Source: Deinococcales bacterium
GTDB lineage: Bacteria > Deinococcota > Deinococci > Deinococcales > JAAFIG01
Assembly: GCA_031414595.1 (NCBI GenBank)
Contig: JANNVX010000070.1
Coordinates: 1 to 42,479 of the forward strand
DNA length: 42,479 nt
Reading direction: 5' to 3'
Shown: positions 25,675 to 34,341 of the stretch, piece after piece
Numbering within the stretch: position 1 is the stretch's first letter
How the letters are laid out: the number at the start of each line of letters is the position of its first letter
Translations under genes and position numbers: made by a program
The notes under the pieces: generated by a model
Seen by the model: only the letters and a program-made list of their open reading frames with translations
The model's database searches: none
Told to the model about the DNA's origin: nothing

Positions 25675-27243
25675 ATGTGGATGGCTTTAGGTGGCTTAGC
25701 CCTGTTAATGCTGGGTTTACAACAACTCTCTGTTTCCTTGAATGCCCTATTAGGCAACAGCGCCCGTCGCGCTTTAACTTGGGCAACCCAAAGCCCATCT
25801 CGAGCTACTTTGGTTGGCGCACTGATTGGGGCTGGCACACTCAATTCTGGAGCGCTGAGTTTAGGCGCATTGCGCTTAAGCGAAAATGGCGTGGCAAAAT
25901 TTGGGGCAGCCCTGATGCTCGGCTTAAGCGCCAAAGCAGGAGCAAGCCTTGCTTTAATTTTAAGCAACACCCCAATGGCTGTTTTTGCCTTACCCTTAGT
26001 TGGCATTGGTTATCTCCTCAGTTTACAAAAAACGGTGCAAATTGCCGGACAAGTGATTGCTGGCATTGGTTTACTGCTTTACGGTCTAAGTCTGATGGTT
26101 CAGGGCTTTGCCGACATCAGCCAAACACCGCTTTTTGTCTTACTCGAGCAGAGCTTGGTCGCTGTTCCACTTGGCATTTGGTTATTGGGCTTTGCACTTT
26201 CGAGTTTGTTAGGTAGCGCCAATGCGGTCGGCGCAATTGCCTTGTCTTTAAGCAGCGCTAATGCCTTACCGCTCGAGGCTGCCCTCATCCTGACCCTCGG
26301 CGGAGGGGCTGGTAGTGGGGTCTTGCTGGTGGTCTCGAGCAGTCATTCTGCCACCATTGCCAAACGGGTTGCCCGAACCCACTTAACTTGGAAAACACTG
26401 TTATCGCTTTTGGCATTGCCACTTGTACCGTGGCTGACTAACTGGTTTGGGGTTGCCCATATTCACTTGGCATACCACAGCCTATCCGCACTGCTGGCAC
26501 TCCCGATTACCAAGCAACTTGAACAACTGGCAACCCGTATCCTGCCCGAAACAAACAAAGTTATCGCCCCAAAATATCTTTCTAAAGACGCACTGCACTC
26601 GAGTGAACTGGCAACTGCCCTGGCATTGCGCGAAGTCAGTCGCGTCGGAGACCAAGCGATTGCCATGCTTGAACAAACCACGCGGATGCTCGAGAACGGC
26701 AACGGCGACGAGGGCGAAATTCTGCGCTTAGAAAGTAAAATAGATGTCCTAACCCGAGATGTGGTGCTGTATTTATCTGAGCTTAGCAGTAGGCACAGCA
26801 GCGACACCCCGTTAATGCTGGTGATGGCAGTCTCGGAAATCGAACACATTGGCGACCAAATTAAACGAATCCTGAGAATGCACAACAAACTAGCCGCCAA
26901 CAACCTCGAATTTAGTGTCCAAGGACGATTAGAACTGTACCAAGGGGCTGGGCGCATTTTGGAACGTCTGACCCTCGCGCTGGCAGCCCTTGCCACCCGC
27001 AGCCAAGCCCTTGCCGAACAAGTGATTTCTGAGCGCGAAGATTTAGAAGTCTTCTTAAACCAAATGCGCCGTTCGCACTTAACCCGACTTGAACTGGGCA
27101 GGGTTGAGTCTCGAGCCACCACCCTGACGCATTTGGATTTACTGATTGTGCTGGACGAAATAGACCAAAGCAGCGCCCGCATTGCCACAATTAGCCAAGA
27201 CCTCGAGACCAAACCGCTTAAAATCTCGAGTGGTGTTCATTAG
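25675..27243 (+). CDS. Na/Pi cotransporter family protein with PhoU domains
   Basis: GGLALLMLG N-terminus, multiple TMs, PKYL linker, EIEHIGD and SHLTRLE. Confidence 0.88.
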   Translation: MWMALGGLALLMLGLQQLSVSLNALLGNSARRALTWATQSPSRATLVGALIGAGTLNSGALSLGALRLSENGVAKFGAALMLGLSAKAGASLALILSNTPMAVFALPLVGIGYLLSLQKTVQIAGQVIAGIGLLLYGLSLMVQGFADISQTPLFVLLEQSLVAVPLGIWLLGFALSSLLGSANAVGAIALSLSSANALPLEAALILTLGGGAGSGVLLVVSSSHSATIAKRVARTHLTWKTLLSLLALPLVPWLTNWFGVAHIHLAYHSLSALLALPITKQLEQLATRILPETNKVIAPKYLSKDALHSSELATALALREVSRVGDQAIAMLEQTTRMLENGNGDEGEILRLESKIDVLTRDVVLYLSELSSRHSSDTPLMLVMAVSEIEHIGDQIKRILRMHNKLAANNLEFSVQGRLELYQGAGRILERLTLALAALATRSQALAEQVISEREDLEVFLNQMRRSHLTRLELGRVESRATTLTHLDLLIVLDEIDQSSARIATISQDLETKPLKISSGVH

Positions 27244-28715
27244 CGCCCATTGACGGAAACAAAACCATTTTTACCACGAACAACCACACGAATTTCCTCG
27301 GTCTTCTCGAGTGAGACCACACAGGATTTAACTGCCTCGTATGGCGTATTCCACGATAAATTATTCGCTAATAGATAATTCGTTTTGAAACAATCAAAAG
27401 TTTTATTTTTCAGAAGTTGAACTTGTTCTGAAGGCGATAAAGTCTGAAAAGCACTATAGACTATAGCTGCATAATCAGTTACAAATTCATCGTCGGTCAT
27501 TTGTGGTGAGGCAACAGAATTACTTTTTTGAGTATTGATTCGGTAATCTCGAGGTAATAATGAAAGTCCAAACCAAAAGATAACCAATATAATTAACGTG
27601 ACTACAACAACAACGCTCACTGAATCTGAATTCCGTTGAGCAACAGGGGCTGACGTGGGTGAGAAAATAGGTGCAGAAGGCGTGAATCCCGTTGGAGGAG
27701 CAACAGAATTTGCCACTTGAGCCAATGTTGGACGCACCAACGGTACTGGATTGACCACTTGCCGAATGGCTGGATTACTCGAGACACTTTTGACTGGCAC
27801 ATCATCTTCTTTCCCCTCGAGCAGCACGGCAAAAGCCTTGGCACTGGCTGGGCGTTTTGTTGCCACAATATCCATGCCTTGCAAAATCGCTTTTGCCACA
27901 GCACCCACTTTTGAAACCCGAAGACTCAAGCCAAGCATTCGGTCTGTTGCACTCGGCGGCATGACTCCCTCGAGGGCATGGTAGAGCGTGGCTGCTAAAC
28001 CATACATATCGGTATAAGCTGCAAATTTGGCTTGACTGGCGTATTGTTCTGGGGCAGCGTACCCCGGAGTGACCAACCGCGTATGACTCTGCACAGCACC
28101 CACTGCAAAAGCCCTGGCGCTGCCAAAATCCAGCAGCACCACACGGTCAGAAGCCAAAAAGACATTATCTGGTTTAATATCGCGGTGCAGTAACCCAGCA
28201 CCATGCACCACCTCTAGTGCCTCGCAGAGCCGTAAACCCAAGTGTTTTACAGTGAACGGTGGCAATGCACCACCGATTAAACGCTGCCCAAGGGTCTCGC
28301 CTTGTAAGGCTTCCATGACCAAATACGCCGTAGCATTCTGCTCAAAAACATCAAAGACCCGCACAATCCCAGAATGCGAAAATTGGGCTAAAGCCTGCGC
28401 TTCGGCTAAAAACCGAACTTTGGTCTCGAGAAAGCCCTGAACCCCTAAACTTCGTGTCGGCAGCACTGTACTGCCTTGTCTCGAGCTACCTTCGGGGAAC
28501 AGTTCTTTGATTGCCACGGCGCGGTTTAATTGCCTGTCGGTTGCCAAGTAGGTGATTCCAAAACCACCCTGCCCCAGCACCCGCTCGAGACGGTATTTAG
28601 AAAGAATGGTATCGGTAGGCAGCGCCCATGTCTGAAGGCGAACATCTGCGCCACAACTCGGGCAGAGTGTAGCATCCGAATTCAACAGAAAAGCGCAGTA
28701 TGGGCAGTGACTCAT
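27240..28715 (-). CDS. Ser/Thr protein kinase: zinc ribbon - kinase - linker - TM - extracellular domain
   Basis: CPYC/CPSC, LGQGGFGITY, VAIKE, HRDIKPDN, DFG, YAAPEQ and TM VVVVVTLIILVIFWFGL. Confidence 0.93.
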   Translation of the reverse strand: MSHCPYCAFLLNSDATLCPSCGADVRLQTWALPTDTILSKYRLERVLGQGGFGITYLATDRQLNRAVAIKELFPEGSSRQGSTVLPTRSLGVQGFLETKVRFLAEAQALAQFSHSGIVRVFDVFEQNATAYLVMEALQGETLGQRLIGGALPPFTVKHLGLRLCEALEVVHGAGLLHRDIKPDNVFLASDRVVLLDFGSARAFAVGAVQSHTRLVTPGYAAPEQYASQAKFAAYTDMYGLAATLYHALEGVMPPSATDRMLGLSLRVSKVGAVAKAILQGMDIVATKRPASAKAFAVLLEGKEDDVPVKSVSSNPAIRQVVNPVPLVRPTLAQVANSVAPPTGFTPSAPIFSPTSAPVAQRNSDSVSVVVVVTLIILVIFWFGLSLLPRDYRINTQKSNSVASPQMTDDEFVTDYAAIVYSAFQTLSPSEQVQLLKNKTFDCFKTNYLLANNLSWNTPYEAVKSCVVSLEKTEEIRVVVRGKNGFVSVNGR

Positions 28716-28754
28716 GCTCTGCGTTTAGTATACGCGGTCAAACAACAATTGGTT

Positions 28755-29006
28755 TCAAGCCACCAAAGCCAAAATGCTGACTCGAGCAGCAACCACCACA
28801 TCACCTTCAACGGGTTCACTGGGTGCTGGTAAAGACAAATTCAGTTCAAGCCGCGATTCTAGCACCGCCTCGAGAACATCTTCTGCCATCAGCATCAATT
28901 CATCTATCGAATCGGCTTGGGTAAAGGCTTCGTCAAGGTCACGAAACTGCAAAAGATACCCACCTTCTTCGGCTGGTTGAATTTGAGCGGGATAATAACG
29001 TTTCAT
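28755..29006 (-). CDS. hicB: HicB-family antitoxin (short)
   Basis: YPAQIQPAEEGGYLLQFRDLDEAFTQADS..MAEDVL..LPAPS. Confidence 0.88.
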   Translation of the reverse strand: MKRYYPAQIQPAEEGGYLLQFRDLDEAFTQADSIDELMLMAEDVLEAVLESRLELNLSLPAPSEPVEGDVVVAARVSILALVA

Positions 29007-29185
29007 CTGAGTTTTACTCCTGTGATTCGTTCAATACTGACGAGTGTACCAATTTTGATGTCGGCTGAACCGTGTATTGGAATTGGGCAGATTTTACCAT
29101 CTTTAGTCACAATCAAATGTTTTGAATGACGCAACTGTGTCCAACCTGCATCTTGGAGTTTACGAATCACATCTCGAGCCGTCAC
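29003..29185 (-). CDS. hicA: HicA-family toxin
   Basis: TARDVIRKLQDAGW..SKH..IPIHG..DIKIGTLVSIERITG. GTG start 6 nt after TATCAT, and ATGA overlap with hicB. Confidence 0.88.
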   Translation of the reverse strand: MTARDVIRKLQDAGWTQLRHSKHLIVTKDGKICPIPIHGSADIKIGTLVSIERITGVKLR

Positions 29186-29204
29186 CAGAAGATGATACCG
29201 TATT

Positions 29205-29810
29205 TTAAGATGGCGTTTTGCTTGACCTAAAAATATGAATTGCACTTGGAATCACACCCGCTAAAATACCCACGGCAATAATCCCAAGTAGGTACTTTTC
29301 TAAAGTTGCAGCCCCAATCACTTGCCCCAAAAAATACCCAAGTGAAGTCAGTCCAGCCCCCCATAGCACCCCACCAATTACACTCAATCCAAGAAATTTG
29401 GTGTAAGGCACACCAGAAACCCCCGCCATTGTTGGTGCAAATGCCCGAATGACTGGAATAAACCGTGCCACAATAATCGTAATCATGCCGTACTTATCAA
29501 AAAAAGCCTTGGCTTTAAGCACGTTTTGTGGGTCAAATAATCTGGATTTTGGACGACTAAAGACCTTACTGCCAAAAGTTTTACCAATCCAGTAACCCAG
29601 TTGGTCGCCGCAAATACTGCCCAAAGTACAGACCAGCATCACAAGCGGCAACTCGAGTTTACCAGTAGCAGCAATCACCCCTGCGGTCAGTAAAAGCGTA
29701 TCGCCGGGGAGGAAAAAACCAGCCAGTAATCCCGTTTCGATAAAAACTATCGCAAACATTCCAACATAGCCAACGGTTTGAATCAGCTGATCAAGGTCAA
29801 GTCCAAGCAC
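29205..29810 (-). CDS. dedA: DedA/VTT family membrane protein
   Basis: FIETGLLAGFFLPGDTLL, GDQLGYWIG and ARFIPVIRAFAP. Confidence 0.93.
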   Translation of the reverse strand: MLGLDLDQLIQTVGYVGMFAIVFIETGLLAGFFLPGDTLLLTAGVIAATGKLELPLVMLVCTLGSICGDQLGYWIGKTFGSKVFSRPKSRLFDPQNVLKAKAFFDKYGMITIIVARFIPVIRAFAPTMAGVSGVPYTKFLGLSVIGGVLWGAGLTSLGYFLGQVIGAATLEKYLLGIIAVGILAGVIPSAIHIFRSSKTPS

Positions 29811-29872
29811 GTCGTAAGTCTATCAAGCAATTGTGAAGCGCGTGAGGCAAAACTATCCCTAGGCTTACCATC

Positions 29873-29893
29873 CCTAGTAAATCTATGTATACT
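29873..29893 (+). promoter_or_regulatory. padR -10 box with adjacent imperfect palindrome (possible PadR operator)
   Basis: CCTAG-TAAAT-CTATG immediately before TATACT (29888-29893), 6 nt before ATG 29900. Confidence 0.4.
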
Positions 29894-29899
29894 CGAGCC

Positions 29900-30214
29900 A
29901 TGAACCTTAAAGGCAGCCTTCCCACCCTGATTCTCGAGACCTTATCCAGAGGCAGCAGTCATGGTTACGAAATCGCCACAATTATCAAACGCAAAAGCGC
30001 TGGTGTGCTGGATTTTAAGGAAGGCACGCTCTACCCAGCCCTGCACACACTCGAGCGTGACGGGTTGGTGCAGAGCCAAACCCAACTCGAGAATGGGCGA
30101 ACACGGCGGTATTACCAATTAACCGAAAAAGGCGCGAGGCACTTACAAAAATCGAAACTCGAGTGGATAAGAATGAGTGGCGCAATCAGTAGTGTTTTGG
30201 GCGGTGCAGCATGA
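29900..30214 (+). CDS. PadR-family transcriptional regulator
   Basis: HGYEI, EGTLYPALHTLE..G and RRYYQLTEKG. Confidence 0.93.
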   Translation: MNLKGSLPTLILETLSRGSSHGYEIATIIKRKSAGVLDFKEGTLYPALHTLERDGLVQSQTQLENGRTRRYYQLTEKGARHLQKSKLEWIRMSGAISSVLGGAA

Positions 30215-30894
30215 ATCCAGACTTAAAAAATTGGTTTTCAATTGCCACTCAAGACCTAGCAGCCTCTGAAATTCCACGAATCCAAGAAGAAATCGTTGAG
30301 CATTTCGATTCAGCAACAGAAAATTATCAGATGCAAGGTAAACTTGAGAACGACGCACAGTTTTTGGCACTATCAGACCTAGGAAGTCCACAAAAAGCAC
30401 ATCGGAAATTCTCGAGCCTTTATTTCACAATTTCTGATGAAAGAAGAATCGAACGTCTGTTTGAACCTATTTGGTGGGCGCGTCCATTTGGGTATTTAGT
30501 TGTTTTTATCGGTGCTATTTTTGTATTGCTTGGAATCCTCAATCCAAGTTCAATGAAAGTTATTCCCAACCAAAATCCAGATGTATTTGGCATAACTTTG
30601 GCTTTGGTTTTTGTTTTCACATGGTTTATTTCACTTTTTTTTGAACAGAAAATCAAAGACTATTTCAAACGAAAATTACCAAGACATTATTTTCTGTTAA
30701 TCCAAGTGTTTATTATTTTCTTGAGTTTCCCTTTTTTGAGTCAATTGGCAACAGATTTAATTAATTTTGCCAATATGTTCAGTGGTAAGGGTCGCTTTTC
30801 ATTAACTGCGCCATTGATTGCTTGGTTGGTTTGGCTTTGGGTTAAATCGCAACAGCCACTGACCATTAAAACTATTCGGAGGTTACGCGCATGA
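30211..30894 (+). CDS. PadR-associated membrane protein (HAAS/permease-prefix-like N-terminus + TMs), paralog 1
   Basis: IQEEIVEHF...ALSDLGSP N-terminal motif and about 4 TMs. ATGA overlap with padR. Confidence 0.8.
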   Translation: MNPDLKNWFSIATQDLAASEIPRIQEEIVEHFDSATENYQMQGKLENDAQFLALSDLGSPQKAHRKFSSLYFTISDERRIERLFEPIWWARPFGYLVVFIGAIFVLLGILNPSSMKVIPNQNPDVFGITLALVFVFTWFISLFFEQKIKDYFKRKLPRHYFLLIQVFIIFLSFPFLSQLATDLINFANMFSGKGRFSLTAPLIAWLVWLWVKSQQPLTIKTIRRLRA

Positions 30895-31532
30895 ACCCAA
30901 ACCTAAAAACTTGGCTCAAGACTGCCCGAGCGAACCTTGTTCCAGAAGCTCAAAGACTTGTGTCAGAACAAATCCTCGAGCATTTCTTGAATGCTGTTGA
31001 ACGTTACCAACTCGAGGGCAAATCAATTCTCGAGGCAGAAGCCAAAGCGCTTGCTGATTTAGGTGATTCCTGTTTAGCAGCTAAAAAATTCGAGCAATCC
31101 TACTTGACGTATGCAGAATTGGAAGAGTGCGCCAAGCCTCGAGATAAAGCCGTGACAAATGGCTACAGTCTGTCTCTTATAGCATTAATCACAGGCAGTC
31201 TGAGCATCTATTTCTCACTACAAGCAAATAGTTTCAGCTGGTTTATCGGTATCTTTACTATAGGTGTTGGGCTTTACACAGGTCTGAGTGCTTATGTTGC
31301 ACGACATTATTCTCTTAAAATCTATGTTTTATACGGTTGGATTGCTGGGGCTTCTGTCGTGCCATTGTATGCGTACTTTGTCTTTGAACAATACCAAAAA
31401 CTACCAATACGCTTACCGTTTACGAATTATGTACCTCTGGGCTTGGTTCTTCTTACAATTTGGACGATTTGGCAACTCCCTAGGTGTATCTCGAGTTGGC
31501 GAAAACTTTCGATGCTGAGAGGTGCGCTGTGA
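30891..31532 (+). CDS. PadR-associated membrane protein, paralog 2
   Basis: MNPNLKTWL..EQILEHF...ALADLGD, with a divergent TM region. ATGA overlap. Confidence 0.8.
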   Translation: MNPNLKTWLKTARANLVPEAQRLVSEQILEHFLNAVERYQLEGKSILEAEAKALADLGDSCLAAKKFEQSYLTYAELEECAKPRDKAVTNGYSLSLIALITGSLSIYFSLQANSFSWFIGIFTIGVGLYTGLSAYVARHYSLKIYVLYGWIAGASVVPLYAYFVFEQYQKLPIRLPFTNYVPLGLVLLTIWTIWQLPRCISSWRKLSMLRGAL

Positions 31533-31590
31533 ACCCCGACTTAAAACTTGGCTCGAGACTGCTCGAAAAAACCTTGCCCTTCGAGTCAAG
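31529..31590 (+). pseudogene. 5' stub of a third paralog
   Basis: gtgaaccccgacttaaaacttggctcgagactgctcgaaaaaaccttg vs atgaacccaaacctaaaaacttggctcaagactgcccgagcgaaccttg (30891). GTGA overlap and a 1-nt deletion. Confidence 0.8.
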
Positions 31591-31668
31591 CGCAGCAGCA
31601 GCCCAGATTGCAAAGTTAATGTAATTTTTTTGCTTGTGGTTTCTCGAGTCTACACGCATAATCTGACA

Positions 31669-32634
31669 ATGAAACCGATGCTTTTTGTCCTAGCCTTGTC
31701 GGGTGTGGTTTTGGCGGCTAAAGAATTCCCCGACCCCAGCACCAGCCCAAACAGCATTGTGGCGCTGCAAGCACGGGTATATTCTGGCAGCAGCATCACC
31801 TTTGAAAAGCGGCTTACTGATGGAGTCAATTACCGCCAATGGGTGGCTTCGTACAAATCTGATGGCATTAAAATACTGGCGCTGCTGACCATTCCAAAAG
31901 CCAAAGCCCCCAAAACTGGTTTTCCTGTGGTCGTTTTTAATCATGGCTATATCCCTCCAGAGCAGTACCGCACCACCGAAAAATACGTGGCATACCAAGC
32001 GGGTTTTGCCAAAAATGGCTACATCGTTTTTAAGCCAGATTACCGTGGGCATGGTTTTTCAGGCGGCAAGCCCTCGAGTGCCTATTCTGCGCCAGATTAC
32101 ACCATAGATGTGATGAATGCTGTCTCGAGCATCAAAAAACTGCCCCAAGCCAACCCGAGTAAAATTGGGTTGTGGGGACATTCGATGGGCGGGTACTTAT
32201 TGCTTCGGGCTTTGGTGCTGGGTTCTGGGGCAAAAGCGGCTGTAATTTGGGGCGGTGTGGTCGCGCCACACTTGGATATTATTAACTTTTGGAACTCGAG
32301 AGGCACGCTCCAAAATTCGCGCTACAGGCGTTATGCCGCCGAACGTGAGGCAATTTATAAGAAATTCGGCAGCCCCAAAGAAAATCCAGATTTTTGGAAT
32401 GCCCTCAGTGCCAATACATTTATCACAGCCCCAATTGCGCCGATTCAGTTGCATCATGGAATCAGCGATGATGTTGTGCCAGTTGGGTTCTCGAGAACAC
32501 TGTCTGGACAGCTTAAAAAAGTTGGTAGTGTTGTGCAAATGTATGCCTATCCGCGCACCGACCATAATTTAACCCAGAGTTTTGGCATCGCCATGCGGCG
32601 CAGTGTGGCGTTTTTTGATCGTTACCTCAAATAA
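31669..32634 (+). CDS. Exported alpha/beta hydrolase (S9 peptidase/dienelactone hydrolase-like)
   Basis: Signal peptide from ATG 31669 (CATAAT upstream), NHGY, PDYRGHG, GHSMGG, HHGISDDVVP and DHN. Confidence 0.9.
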   Translation: MKPMLFVLALSGVVLAAKEFPDPSTSPNSIVALQARVYSGSSITFEKRLTDGVNYRQWVASYKSDGIKILALLTIPKAKAPKTGFPVVVFNHGYIPPEQYRTTEKYVAYQAGFAKNGYIVFKPDYRGHGFSGGKPSSAYSAPDYTIDVMNAVSSIKKLPQANPSKIGLWGHSMGGYLLLRALVLGSGAKAAVIWGGVVAPHLDIINFWNSRGTLQNSRYRRYAAEREAIYKKFGSPKENPDFWNALSANTFITAPIAPIQLHHGISDDVVPVGFSRTLSGQLKKVGSVVQMYAYPRTDHNLTQSFGIAMRRSVAFFDRYLK

Positions 32635-32695
32635 TTTTTGCACTGCTCGAGATACGATTCACCAGTTGGGTATACCGCAAGTAGTATACTGAACC

Positions 32696-33136
32696 ATGAC
32701 CTCAGAACTCTTAGAACTGTATCGTCGTGACCTCGAAAAACTCATTTCAGAACTCGAAGCGTACCCAAACGAAGAAAGTCTTTGGCGCGTGTCTGGCGAA
32801 ATTAAAAACTCTAGCGGGAATTTAGCCTTGCATTTAATTGGCAACTTAAGTCATTTTATTGGTGTGAAACTTGGCGGCACAGATTTTGTGCGTGACCGAG
32901 ATTCTGAATTTGCCTTAAAAAATGTGTCTCGAGCCGAGATAATAGAAAAACTGCATCATACCTTGGCGGTTCTCGAGGCTACTTTGCCAACTTTAGATGC
33001 AGCCACACTCGAGGCAACCTATCCGCTCGAGGTCATGGGCTACCCAATGACCACGGGTTATTTTTTAATTCACCTCTATGGGCATTTGAGTTACCATCTT
33101 GGGCAAATAAATTACCATCGGCGACTAACAGCTTAA
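32696..33136 (+). CDS. DinB/DUF1572-family protein
   Basis: NSSGNLALHLIGNL, RDRDSEF and HLSYHLGQINYHRR. Confidence 0.9.
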   Translation: MTSELLELYRRDLEKLISELEAYPNEESLWRVSGEIKNSSGNLALHLIGNLSHFIGVKLGGTDFVRDRDSEFALKNVSRAEIIEKLHHTLAVLEATLPTLDAATLEATYPLEVMGYPMTTGYFLIHLYGHLSYHLGQINYHRRLTA

Positions 33137-33264
33137 AACAGCTTGGCTTTATAAATTTATATTTTTCTAATTTGCTCGGCTCGAGCAGATTTGAACCTGA
33201 CATTCTTCTTAATTAGGGCGTTTTGTTCAAGACAAATCAATCTCATTTCGCTTAGACTCGAGCG

Positions 33265-33963
33265 ATGTTTTGGCGTGGTTTTCGGGCAATGTTTCCTTTG
33301 TATCTTGGGGTCGTTCCTTTTGCTTTGGCTTATGCGGTCACGGCAAGGGCTTCAGGCTTAGGTATTTTTGAGACTCAGGCGCTTTCGGTCTTGGTTTTTG
33401 CGGGGGCAAGTCAGTTTAGTGCTGCCCCACTTTTGGGGGTGGGAGCAAATGGCTTAGCCATCATCCTGACCACTTTTTTACTCAATGTGCGGCACTTGCT
33501 GTACGGTATTGCGGTGGCTCGAGTGCTGCCAAAGATGAGCTTAAGAGAGCGTATCGTTGGGGCATTTTTTTTGACCGATGAGGCTTTTGGAACGTTTTTA
33601 GCCAGTGGGGTACGAGATTACCGTTTTTTACTTGGGGCAAGTTTGTCGTTGTTTGTTTCTTGGAATGCTTTTACGTTGGTCGGGGCGTTGGCTTCAAGTT
33701 TTGTACCAGACCCAGTGGCATTGGGCGTGGATTTGGTTTTTCCCTTAAGTTTTTTAGCTATCCTGATCCCGATTCTAAAGTCTCGAGTGGACTGGTTGGT
33801 GGCTGGCGGCTCGAGTGTTTTGGCGTTGTTGCTTGTGCCGCGTTTGCCTTCTGGCTTAGGGATTTTGCTGGTCGGGATTCTTGGCAGCTTACTCGGGGCT
33901 TATTTGACTCGAGGCGAAGCATCCGAAACACCGCTTGAAGATGCAGTACGGGATGTGGCATGA
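33265..33963 (+). CDS. azlC: AzlC-family branched-chain amino acid exporter
   Basis: VFAGASQF, LLNVRHLLYG and FLTDEAF. Confidence 0.92.
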   Translation: MFWRGFRAMFPLYLGVVPFALAYAVTARASGLGIFETQALSVLVFAGASQFSAAPLLGVGANGLAIILTTFLLNVRHLLYGIAVARVLPKMSLRERIVGAFFLTDEAFGTFLASGVRDYRFLLGASLSLFVSWNAFTLVGALASSFVPDPVALGVDLVFPLSFLAILIPILKSRVDWLVAGGSSVLALLLVPRLPSGLGILLVGILGSLLGAYLTRGEASETPLEDAVRDVA

Positions 33964-34256
33964 ATTTCTGGTTGACGGTACTGGGGATGCTGGTGGTAAC
34001 ATTCGGCTCGAGGCTAACGGGGATGCTGCTGACTGCACCATTGCCGCCGTTCTGGACTCGCTTTGTGCGCTTTGTACCAATTGCGGTGTTTACCGCCTTG
34101 ATTATTCCGAGTCTCGAGGGGTCTCGAGGGGAGGTGCTGCCAAGGGTGTTGGGGGCGCTCCTTTGTGGGTTTTTGGCATGGCGTACCAAGCAACTGTGGA
34201 TTGGTTTGTTTGCTGGGATGTTGGGGTTTTGGTTACTGCGGGCAATGGGTTTGTAG
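33960..34256 (+). CDS. azlD: AzlD-domain protein
   Basis: GMLVVTFGSR and FVPIAVFTALI. ATGA overlap with azlC. Confidence 0.88.
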   Translation: MNFWLTVLGMLVVTFGSRLTGMLLTAPLPPFWTRFVRFVPIAVFTALIIPSLEGSRGEVLPRVLGALLCGFLAWRTKQLWIGLFAGMLGFWLLRAMGL

Positions 34257-34283
34257 CATACCGCAATGCAATGGGTTTGTAGC
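34242..34283 (+). repeat. 16-bp direct repeat duplicating the azlD 3' end
   Basis: GCAATGGGTTTGTAGC at 34242-34257 and 34268-34283. Confidence 0.8.
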
Positions 34284-34341
34284 TCACAGTAAATTTACAT
34301 TATTTCACTGCAAAAAATAATTTTGGGTGTATAACCAAGGG

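Noticed and set aside
26463-27212. 249-aa antisense ORF and the many other shadow ORFs in the track
   Set aside because: They lie opposite or out of frame to well-supported genes and have no motifs.
31522-31668. N-terminal extension of the hydrolase ORF (similarly 5937, 17501, 18741, 29245, 37849 and 38274 starts)
   Set aside because: The extensions run through neighbouring genes or remnants. Downstream starts match -10 boxes, signal peptides or stop/start overlaps.
33169-33191. Hairpin AATTTGCTCG-GCT-CGAGCAGATT as a terminator
   Set aside because: It has a 3-nt loop and a weak U-tract, and may arise by chance from CTCGAG abundance.
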